From contig OZ076409.1 of the NCBI GenBank assembly GCA_964187785.1, positions 98,458,001 to 98,522,000 of the forward strand: a stretch of DNA of 64,000 nt, written 5' to 3'. The notes beneath the pieces were generated by a model. The model was not told the DNA's origin. It searched no databases and saw only the letters and a program-made list of their open reading frames with translations. Origin of the DNA: Amphiscolops sp. MND2022. Taxonomy: Eukaryota. Below are positions 37,801-49,800 of this stretch, one piece after another. Position 1 is the first letter of the stretch. Every line of letters begins with the position of its first letter. A program made the translations under genes and the position numbers.

Positions 37801-40800
37801 AGGTATGTCAGTTTCTGAAAGATTACCTCAATTTTAACACATCCCCAGAGAGTTTCAAAGCCTGTCATGTGTTGGGACCATGGAATAACGATCGTTTCCC
37901 CCCAAGTGTTATTGTCAAATTTGTTTATTTTGCTGAAAAAAATGAGATTTATGGTCGAAAGTCTTGGCTAGCCAATAAGCAAAATCATCTCAACGGAAAG
38001 ACGATCTACATGAACGAGCGTTTACCACCGAACCAATTAGCAATCAAAAAGTATGCCGACGAAAAAGGTCTTGTTACAACTTCCCTAAACTGCAATATAA
38101 AAGTTTTCACAAAAAATGGAGACAAATTTCAGCCCGTTATAGTCAATTCGCTGAGAGCAGTAGATGATATTCAACCAACTGCAGTGAGAAGAGCAACCAA
38201 TAAACAAACGCAACCCAAACCAAGCTATGGGGGAACACCAAAACCTGACAGTCAACTGGCTCAAAATGGGAAGCGAATGAGAAGTTCACCTGGCGAAAAC
38301 AACAATGTTATCAAAACTGCTAGAATTCGTGACGATGAACAAGGGAACGTTGCCGAAGCGAATTAACTGCTTGCGGTCAAACTTACTAATAATATTGTTT
38401 TTCTATTTTTAAAGAACTCCGAAAATTTGCAACCCATACCGATTTTGTGATCATACTACACAAAGTTTGACCGCAAACGGTAATAAATACCACCACAACA
38501 AACAATCTATCCTACTCCAAATGCTTGAATCATTAACATCTAATGCCACTCGGCCAACACTGAACCAACCGCCTGTCGCATCCAATGCCAAAAGTATTAT
38601 AATGCTTGGGTTGAATATACAGTCATTGAGATGCCATCGTGACGAACTCTTAGTTGAGTTAGATAGTTTTAACTCTAAACCATCAGTCATAGCGTTGACA
38701 GAAACGTGGCTCACTGAAAATGATAATACCTCGACGTTGAATTTAGACGGATATCAACCCATCGAATCCAAAGTAAGAACTACGGGACAACTGAGAGGGG
38801 GTGTATGCTTTTACGTTAAAGAAGGACTAACATACAAACCAATTGAATATGAAACGGGAATCGAATGCGCAATCATCAATGTATGTATTGACATTGAAAC
38901 ATTTCGAAACTTTTGCGTAGTATACCGACCAGATAGCAAAAAGCTGAAAACTTTTATGCCAGAATTCGAGGATCTTTTGAACTTTTTGCGTACATTAAAG
39001 CATGATACAGTCATTTTTGGCGATTTTAATATTGACACAATTAAGGAATCGAAGTTTAAAACCGTATATGAAAATGTTTTGAGGGCATATGACTTTGAGC
39101 GTCAAAATTCAGAACCAACTAGAGTAACACCAACCACAGCAACCTGTTTGGACCATATAATAACGAGCTACCCAATAAATACTATGACCATCAGTACGAC
39201 AATAAGCGATCACTTTACTGTAATTGGAGAAATTCCCGTTTCATCCATAGCAGAGCAACAAAAACCAAATGTTCTCACTAGAAATTTGAAAAATCTAAAA
39301 GGGGACAAGGCGTTGAACTTCCTGTTTTTGCTCGATCAGAAATTACAGAAACTATTGACCTCAAATGAACTTAACATGGAAAGCATTGCAAAAACTATCA
39401 TGCTATGTGTTGATAGATTTGCGCCGGAGAAACAATATAACCCAAAATGTAATTCGAATGAATGGATTAATAATAGAGTGAAAAACGCCATTATTAAACG
39501 AAATAAATTGTTTAAATTGTGGATCAGCGATAATAACACTCATAATAGAGAACAATACAATATGCAAAGGAATATTGTCACCAAACTCATTAAACAAGCA
39601 AAGCGTGAGGCGAACTTCCAAAAATTAGGAGAGAATCCAAGTAGTAAAATACTGTACAGAACTTTGAAATGTCATACAAGAACAGGTGAAGAAAACTCAA
39701 TAGTTCCTGATCCCGATATCTTGAATAAATTCTTTACCAATGTAGGGCAATTCCTAGCTGCGAATGTACCCCCTACTAAGCGTACGTTTAGAACGGAGAG
39801 GTCGGCAAAGTCCATGGTAATATGCGGAACTGATGATCTTGAAGTAGCAAAAATAATTAAATTGATGAAAAACAAAAAAAGCTCAGGTCACGATGGCATT
39901 AGCAACGAGATATTGAAATGTTGTTCACCAATCATAGAGAAATACCTTGCTATTGCATTCAATGACTGTATATGTCAGCGAAAATTTCCAGATACTTTGA
40001 AACTAGCAAAGGTGATTCCTTTATATAAAAAGGGTGACCGGAAAAACCCGGAAAATTATAGACCAATTAGTTTACTAAGCTCCTTAAGCAAAGTTTTTGA
40101 GAAACTTCTCCACAAAAGAATGATTAACTTCGTAAATAAGAACAAACTTTTGTCTCCAGAACAATTTGGTTTTCGGTCAAAACATTCTTGCGTACACGCA
40201 ATAAGTACTTTGACGGAATATATGAGAAATGAAATTGACAGAAAACGTACTGGCCAAGCGTGTTTCATAGATTTGCAAAAAGCATTTGATTCATTAAATC
40301 ATGAAATCCTACTGGAAAAATTGTTCAATTACGGCTTCCGAGGACCGATACTTGAAATTCTAGTCGACTATTTGAGAAATAGATGTCAATATGTTTCATC
40401 TCATTGCAAGAAAAGTTGCAAATTGCCGATAACAACCGGTGTGCCGCAAGGATCCATATTGGGACCACTCTTATTCCTAATTTATGTTAATGACTTACCT
40501 GCATTTTGTAAAAATGAAAACAAAATTGCCATGTTTGCTGATGACACTTCTATACTGAAATCTTCAGAAAGGAACAACCTTAATCTTCAAGATGATTTGG
40601 ATAGAGTGATTGACTGGTTTTCATTCAACAAACTAAGTGTTAACACTTCAAAATGTGAAAGCATGCACTTTGGCTGCGGCATATCGAAACATCTTACTAT
40701 TTTGAATGAAAACGTGGGTATGAAAACGCATTGCAAATATCTTGGACTTTACATTGATTCTAAATTGACTTTTAGAGAACACATCAAATATGTATCGAAG

Positions 40801-43800
40801 AAATTGAACAAGTTTTGCGGATTAATGTATCGCATACGAGATTTGTACCCGATTAAATGCCTACTTACGTTTTACGAATCTTACGCAAAATCAGTAATTA
40901 CTTATGGGTTATTAGTTTATGGTAGTGCCTGCAAATCCAATCTTGAAGAAATTGAAATGGCTCAACGTAGAATAATCAGAGCTATTTTTTTCCGAAAAAA
41001 ATATGACAGCATTAAAGACATTTTTGAAAGGAAACAAATTTTAACTGTGTTTGAATTGTATGTCAATGAAATTTTTCGCGAAGTTTTCTACCAATTACGG
41101 TCCGAATCGCCGGTCATTTTTTTGAATAAGGGATTTGTAAATAAATATGACACACGAAGCGCTCGTAAAGGACATTTACAAACAAGCTACTGCAGAACGG
41201 TTACAAAATCAAAATCGATACAGAATGTGTTGACTAAAGGTCATAACTGGCTGAAAACATTCAACTTAATTCCTGAAAATCTAACAAAAATGACTAGCAA
41301 GCAAGCTGCAAGCTATCTCAGGGTTTTAAGAGATTTGTATATAGCGGGTGATAGTAATATAGTTTCTATTTTCTTCTGAATGATAAAAATCAACTATTTC
41401 ACAAAGAAGGCAAATATCTTTAGCATTTTTGTTCGGCATTGCCTTTGGCTATGGATGGTTCTGGAGGGCAGAGGCTTGAAGAGTTAATCAGCTCATCTTC
41501 TGTCCCTTTTGAGTATGGATAATTTTGTTTTTGTTTTCAATGATGATATTTGCTATACTCAAATAAATAAACTTTCTTCTTTCTTTCTTTCAGCCCGCAA
41601 CTCGCACATTTCACGCGTTCGTGGTCTAGTGGTAAGATGCTTGTTTCTCAACCCAGAGGGTTCGTGTTCGAACCGGGCGTATGCGCTAATTTTTTTTACA
41701 AGTATTCCGAAGCAGAAGGATTCCACTTTTATGTCCCCAAAGGCCCCCCTTCAATTTTTTGATATTTTGCAACAGAACGACTTAAAAATCCCAAAGGGTC
41801 ACTTCTTTCAGATTTTTCGGCTTTGTGAAACTGTTCAAAATTCTCATTTTTTCCGAAATTTTTGTAAAGTCTCCAAAGGGTCAGAGAATTTCAGTATAAA
41901 TTCAAATAAAAATTCAAAATTGGTAGTATGAATTCGCCTTCCTCTTTCCTGGAGGGTCGGCCTCTGTCATGTTGTGGCACGTCGCTCCGCTTCGCTCCTG
42001 CATTTAGATGTGATTTTAATGAAATTTTCACCTCTTTCGGTCCTAGATAAAACTAAGTCACAATTCGATCCTAGGCAATTTTGCTACTTTTTCGATCCTA
42101 GATAATCCGATTCTGCTCAACAATCGCCCAAAAACTAGCCTTTGATCAGTTCGTATTTTGACGAATTCTCGAGAAATGCTGTCGACACAGAACATAGGTG
42201 GAATCGAGTCTTGACTAGAAAACTTCGACTCTGTTTGTTTGCTTCAGCTGGTCTAAAAAAGGGTTTCATCGATATTCAAGTGGGTCCGTCTATCCAGAGT
42301 TTTGACGCTTTTAGGAAGGAAAAAGCCAGAAATGTTGACGAGAGAGATAAATAAAAGTGCTTTGATGTGTTGTCGTGTTGTTCACAGAGGGCACGGGCGA
42401 GTACAAGCCAGAGATGCAGGGCTACATAGGGTGTGTGCGGTCGCTGTTTGTGAACGGGGAGGCTCTAGTGCTGCAGAACCTGCTGCTGGGCAACAACCGG
42501 CTGTCTTCGACGAATGGGGGAGGGGGAGGGGGAGGCAGGATCAAGCTGGTGGGGAGACCTCTGGTGGACCAGTGCCCCATCGTGGACAGGTGCATGCCCA
42601 ACCCCTGCTTCCACGGGGGCATCTGCTTCCAGAGCTGGTTCGACTTCGTCTGCGACTGCTCCCTCACCAACTACGACAACGACAAGGTTGGTTGGTTGGT
42701 TGGTTGGTTGGGTTATTACCAGGGATGACTTTTTTTCGAAAATTTTTTAATGTCTCAAAGTGTCCTCACTTCAATTTTTTGAAATTTTGCAACAGAATGG
42801 ATGTTAAAAGTCTCAAAGGGCCTCCTTTCACAGTTTTCGGCACTGTTAGATTTTTCAAAATGAATATATTTTGTCTTGAAATGGTTTTCTCAGGCCCAGC
42901 ACGATATATCCGATTTTTGTTTTTTTTTTAAAGACCGGTGTTTTTTCTAAGCGACTTTTTTTCTCATTTGTTTTCATCAAAGCCCCCTCAATTTTTACTA
43001 GAAACGAAACGTTTTGCGAGCATAACGGACTGTTCAAGGTTTTCGGCACCATGCGACTTACCGTGGACCTTCATCAAAAAAATTTCCAAAAATTTCAAAA
43101 ATTTTTTCCTCAATTTTTTAAAGGTTTTCGGTTGAGAAAGATTGGTTTTTTGCTATTTCCAGTTGGGGAAGAATGATTTCGAGATTTATGCCTATCTTTT
43201 CGGGCATTTTTTGGCGCTGTAAAATTGATGAAATGTTAACAATAATGTCCTTTTACCCTTGGTTCCTCATATGATATTGCTTATTTGTTTTTTTTTTTCA
43301 AAAGTTCGCAACTTTCTTCGCAAGTATTTGCGAAGCAAGGCTTCGCCTCTGTGTTATTATTGTTTTCCGCAACAGCCCCCACCCACAGTTTATGGTTTAG
43401 GGAGAGGAAAAAACTCAAAGGAGAGGTGAAGCGTTTCTCAAACAAATTTTGCCAAATCTCAACTTTGTTACTCCATTTAGTATGTGGATATTTTAGTCGC
43501 CGTAGCCCAGTTGGTAGTGCGTCCGCCTGGTAGACAGGAGGTCCTGGCTTCGAAACCCCGGGCTGGAGCCTGAAATTTTTGTGGTGGAAAATACCTCGGT
43601 GTTTAGCGGGCGTCGTTATTGTATTATTGTTGTGTTTTGGTTGCAAACTCGCGATAAGTTGAAACGCTTTTCGCATTCAAGCATCATCAGTCACTGCGAG
43701 AGAGACAAACATCAGTTGTGGACAACAAACATGAACAAGCCGGTAACGGCCCAAGTCGGCGCCATATCTAAGGCTCAAAAAGACTCGAAAACCACTTTTT

Positions 43801-46800
43801 CTACAACTGGAGACAACAAAAGCTCTCAAAAAACTAAAAATTGAGAAAAAAATTTCGAATTTTTTTGAATTTTTTTTCGAAGTTTCCGGTAAGTCGCATA
43901 GTGCCGAAAAATGTAAAAGGGGGGGACGCTTTTTATCTCCTGTTAGACGCTTTGGATGCGTTGAAAATGAAGTACTAAGTACATATGATAAAAGTTGGTA
44001 AATGTGCATTAACCCCAATCGACCTGGGCGTTTTTTAAAATTTTCGAAAAATTTGCCAAAAAAATTTTAATCATCGATATCTCCACAACTACGCGTACCA
44101 GAGGAACGAACTATAGCGCGTTTGAAAGGTCTGATATTGGGCTTTCATTTTGGTCAGGTGAGCCCCTGTCGCCGCGCGCCCCTTCATTCAGAATTTTAGT
44201 CTTTTTCCGGTACCGCCGCTTCGCGGCAGTTCCGCACTTCGTGCGGCCCCCTGCGTGGGGCTTGTAGTAACAACAGAATATTATAGGGGTTTGTTGCACC
44301 AGGACTTGTTGTGGAAGGGCATGTGGTTGGTTTTTTCTATTGATCAAAGACTTTTGAGAAAACAGGATTTCGTCAAAATCTGAATTTTGAGAAAATATAA
44401 GTCTTTTCTTGTGCAAAAAACCCATTTTTCTCAGCTTTGGAGATATATTCCCTTTTTCTAATGCTTGTGCCGTTCAAACCAATCTAGGTACCAATTACTT
44501 TTCGAAAAAAACCGTGCTAGAGAAAATGGGCTACTGGCAAAAGGAATCAGAATTTGGAAGAAAAGGTAGGCTGCTTTAAAGCATCACTAGGTTCATTGGG
44601 GTTAATTGGATTAATGCACAAAAAGTGGACGTTACGCGTTGAACTGACGAAAAAAAACTAGCCACTGTAAGAGTCGGGATTTTCTTCGAAAACGCCGACT
44701 AAAAAACGCCGGTCCCCGGGCAATCGTTATAAGCGGAGTTGACTGTATCAATTATTCATCACCCTACTACCACCACAGCAGCATTCGGGATTTCTGTACA
44801 GAGTCGAAGTATGTAGGGTCGAAATGTTTACCAAATTATTTAGGATCGAATTGTGGCTTGTTTTTATCTAGGATCGAAAGAAGCTAAAATTTCATTCATA
44901 TTATACCATTGCTGTAGGGCCCTGTATAATTCAATCCTAAAAAACTCGAACATGGAAATTTCAGTCGCAATTTTTGATTCTAAATAATTCGACTCAGGAG
45001 AGGCAACTCCAGCATTCTTTTGGCAACCATACTCTTCTCATGTTGTTTTCAATCACCGGAAGTTGTTTTTCTTCACGCTTTTTTCTGGTTGCACGTTGAA
45101 TCATAAAACATTTATTGTTACAATTTCGTGTGCGCCATTACAAAAAGCAAAAACCACTTCCTACATTATTTCAACTGTTAAATTTCCGTTTACAATTTTC
45201 ATTCTTTGTCACTCACAGTCTCTAATTACTTGTTTCTGTTATGAAAGTTATACCCATCTCAACCAAAACGCAGATTTTCGAGTATGTAGCGGAGGGTTTA
45301 TCTACAAGGCAAATTGCCAAGAAGGTGCCATCTGTTAGTCATATGACGGTGACCCGATTGAGGAGCGAGCATTTCAATGGCCTTGCAAAACCAAAAGCAG
45401 GTCGTCCATCAAAATTAACTCCATATGACAAAAGAAAACTCGTCCGAGACATGTCGTCAGGAAGGATACAAACAGCTGTTGATGCGGCTAAAGAGCTCTC
45501 AAATACAATGGAAACACAATTGCACCCTGAAGCTATCCGGCGAGTATTGAGGAAAAGTGGTTTGAAAGCAATCAAGAAAAAGAAGAAACCTTTCTTGAGT
45601 AGAAAACACAGACAACAAAGATTGGAATTCGCACGGAAGTATTCCAACTGGACACCAGAAGATTTCAAGCGTGTCATATGGTCTGATGAAACCAAAATAA
45701 ACAGATTTGGTTCCGATGGGCTCCAGTGGGTGTGGAAAAAGCCTAAAGCACCATTATTGGACTGCCACGTGCAGGGTACGTTTAAACACGGAGGTGGAAG
45801 CCTGATGCTATGGGGATGTATGACTTCTTTGGGAATTGGTCAGGCGTGTAAAATAGAGGGAAACATGGACAGCCAGCTTTATTGCGAGATTTTATCAGAT
45901 AATCTCATGGGTACAATACGACACTATGGATGGGGACGAGATGACATCGTTTTTCAACAGGATAACGACCCTAAACACACCTCAAAATTGGCGAAAGACT
46001 GGTTTGAGGAAAATGGAATAACAGTTATGGACTGGCCTCCTCAATCACCGGATTTAAATCCAATTGAACACCTTTGGCACACGCTGAAGTACCAATTGCG
46101 AATGTATTCTAAACCTCCTGAGAGCGTTGCTGAGCTGTGGGAACGGGTGCAAGACGAGTGGAACAAAATACCAGTTGAGACAGTTCAAAACCTTATCGAT
46201 AGTATGCCCAAGCGCATAAACGCTGTTTTGAAGGCTCGGGGTGGTTATACTAAATACTGAAACACTGTTCCTGTTCTTATATTCTGTTTTTTTAAGTGTA
46301 TAAAAACGTTTATTCAAATTCATTTTCTAAAACATAACCACACACGAAATTGTAACAATACAATTTTTCAGTAGAGTGCTTGTGAATACATGTAAAAAAC
46401 TCGAAAATATAAACCAAAACAATATACATTAATGCAACGTGTTTAACAAACATATTGAAAGCTTACTTAGTTTAAATGCTGTACCCTTCTGAGAGAAAAA
46501 GAAGATCTCACTTTTTTAAAAGTCTATTGTTACAATTTCGTTAGGCACTGTACATATGGTAAAAGTAGGTAAATGTGCATTAATTGAATTAATGCACAAA
46601 AAGTGGACGTTACCCGTTGAACTGACGAAAAAAATAGCCACTGTAAGAGTCGGGATTTTCTTCGAAAACGCCGACTAAAATTTCATAGCAACGTCAATAT
46701 TTGTTCAATCAACAGCTAGATATGAATAATCAGTTCCTTCTTTCGATATTTGTCGCGCGTGTTGATAATGGGTCGTCGCTGAGCTATCGTCAGGGCTTCT

Positions 46801-49800
46801 AGGGTGAGATGTTCTCCGAATTTACTGGCTGTTGTTGTAAGTTTCGAGGGCCGATTGGCATTGTTCTAAGTGTTGCTGAACAGGGGTGGTACCTTTCCTC
46901 GCGTGCTCTCGGAATCGGTTGGAGAAATGACGGACAGTTTGTCCGACATAGCCAGCGTTACAACTGGGACATTTGATTTAATTTTACTCATATACTACAA
47001 AATACTATATATTTGACTACAATTATAATTTTATCATATTTTTTGAATTATTATTAACCCTAAATGGACGAGGAAATTTCAGGATCCAAAAACTCGGTGC
47101 TTAAACTTTAAACAGCAATATCTCCTTAACTATTTACCAAGTTGGATTTGAATGGCATAAGCATTAGAAATAGAAAAAATGAATGTCTCCAAAACTTAGA
47201 AAAGAGGGGTTTTCTTGCAAAAAAATGTTTATATTTTTCCAAAATCCAGTATTTGGCGAAATCCAATTTTCTCAAAAGTCCTTGACACATAACGAAAAGC
47301 AACGCCATAGCCTTCCACAATTTGCAAAAGCGCCCACGTCAATTAGGGTTAAAGGGTGTTTCTCGTTGTCGAAAGGGGGCAAAAAGTAGCAGTACCACTG
47401 CGCTGTCTCCTGTTTTCTAGATGAGAGACGAAGTGAATTATCAGTTTTTGCCTTGACATCAAGGCGTATAAACATAACATAAATGAAACAAGACGCCCGC
47501 TAAGCCTTGGAATATTTTCCACTGAAAATTTAACGCATCAGCCCGGGTTCGAACCCACGACCTCGTGTCTGCCAGGCAGACGCACTACCAACTACGCCAT
47601 GGTGGAGATTTGGCAACTGGAGTTCAAGTAACTAAAATAGTCAAGTAACTATATAAAATAGTCAAGTGACAAATAGTCAAGTGAAGTCGATGGAGGAACT
47701 GGGAGGAGATTTGGCAGAGTTTGAAAAAAAACGCAACACAGATCATGATTTTCCTCCCCCATTATATGTGGGCGGAAAATAAAAAATCATTAAGAATGTT
47801 GCGGCAATATTCCATAAGAGAGAATGTGAGAGTGAGGGGATGTTTTCGTTTCAGCTGTGCTTCTCGTCGCGGTTCCTGCAGTCGTGCGAGGCGTACAAGT
47901 TCCTGAACGAGACGGCGAGTGGCAACCGGTACATAGACGTGGACGGCAGTGGCCCCATCAAGCCCATGCTCATCGATTGCGACATCGGACAGACCAACGC
48001 CGCCCAGAGAGCAGGAGCAGCTGCCAGTGAGTTTCACCAACTTTGCATCCATTTTTAGTTGGCGCGTTTTCCTTTTAACGAAAAATGCCCGACTATAGCA
48101 GTGACTTTTTTTCTTCAGACCACAGACCTCACATTGATCGGTCCACTTTTTGCAGAAATTCCTAAAACTACTAAAACCAAGTCCGGCCAGTGCAAAACTT
48201 AGTCCAAGGGGCCCCCCTTTTATTTTTTTACTTTTTCAAGGAAACCTACAAAACCGGATTTGCCTAAAGGGTCCCCCTTTGGATTTTTTCGGCACTGTGC
48301 GACTTTTTTTCGCAAAGCTTTTAATGTCCACAAAGGGTCCCCCTTCGAGTTTTTGATATTTTGCAACAGAATGTATGTTAATGAATCCAGAAGTACCCCC
48401 TTTTTACATTTTTTGGCCCTATGCAACATTTTTCGAAAGAAAAAAAATCAAGTTCTTTTCCAAAAAATGTTTTGCGCTTTTTGAGCCCTAGTTATAGCGC
48501 CGCCTTTAGACGTTCTCGTCTTGTTTGGAACAGGAACCCGTGTTCAATCTAAAGCGCCCCAGTCGAAAGCATCCATTTTATACAGTCAAAAGCGCCTCGC
48601 TAATTTTTGAGCTTGTTTCATCGCCTCTAATTAAATCAAGTTGAAGGTGTTGAAACAAAATAATAGTTAACTGGTAATGCCCTTTGTAACATTCTGACAC
48701 CTAACAACTTCCAATTGAAATCGATTTAAATTGTAAATTCTGGCGCTCAACGTTAAAGAAGCAATTAGTCAATACACTGTTTTCAAATGAAAAACTCAGT
48801 TGTTTAATCGGAGCGAGGAACTTAAAGTTGGTGGCGGAAAAGAGCCAGCAAATCCCATGTAACCTTTGACTAGGGCGCTTTGATGGTGTATTTTGGGCGC
48901 TTTTGTCTCGTAACCGAGGAAACGGGCCGGACCCTTAATTCTTAAGATTTCTCAAGAAAGATCTAATCGAATCTAACTCATATAATTAATCTTGATTGAT
49001 GTGCGATCGAAATATTATGCAAATTGTTGTCCAGTTTTTGGGATAGCACAAAGTTAGCAGCTTACAGTGTAGCGAAAATGTTCTATTGAGTCTGGTTCAG
49101 TTCAACGATCAACCGGTCAATAAATTGTTAACCTGCAAATCCACGATTCTACGAACTAATTACAAAAATAGCACCTGTAGGTTTTGCTAACGCTTTTTTT
49201 GAACCGTTGGTTCTCTTCAAATTAAAAAGCCACAGAATCTATTCTGTTTTTTGATGAAAAGTCGTGTCAGTTGTGATGATACAAATTATTGCAACTTAAT
49301 CTGATCCATAATAGTTTTGAGTCTTCAGTATTTGAGATAAAATATCGGCTAACGATTAATCGTTTAAGCAAAAATATTGACTGGTCCAGGATCTAGTTTG
49401 TTTTTTAAGACGTTCCCCTTCGTTGCATTGACTCAGAAGCTATCGCAAGTGTTGAAATCATCCGAATTGTGCAATTGTTCAAATTAGTAATAATCGGATC
49501 TGTTTCAGAACAAATCCTGCGCTATTTGCATTCCATGGCATCCTACGTTAGCCCCGAAGCTGGTAAGTGCTCATTAGTTAGTCTAATGCTTTAACATCTC
49601 CACTTCCCGTACATGGTTTTAACTTGGCAGTTTTTCCGAAGTTATTACAATGTTACATGATAATATTGTTCCTATGATTTTGGTAGTTAGATGATTAGAT
49701 GACTATTATCATGTTACTGATTTTTGAACCCCACGGTTTTTGCGCCTAATCAGTGTTTATAACAGCCTTGTCTTTTGGTATGAAATCTGTATTTTTCTTC

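Larger units (their letters stand above)
37449..41587 (+). mobile_element. Full-length, apparently intact CR1/L2-group non-LTR retrotransposon in NrxIV intron 9
   Basis: ORF1 + ORF2 uninterrupted; AATAAA followed by a (CTTT)n-like tail; TTTCA at 37444-37448 and 41588-41592; the flanks rejoin to the repeat seen at 35150-35320. Confidence 0.93.

Noticed and set aside
42515..42540. G-rich run as a G-quadruplex regulatory element
   Set aside because: It is explained by a poly-Gly coding insert in the LamG2 exon; there is no independent evidence.
43496..47605. Functional tRNA genes at ~43496 and ~47540 (also ~35235, ~41610, ~59880)
   Set aside because: A/B boxes are present, but acceptor and anticodon stems could not be folded convincingly and the segments lie within repeats; treated as tRNA-derived.
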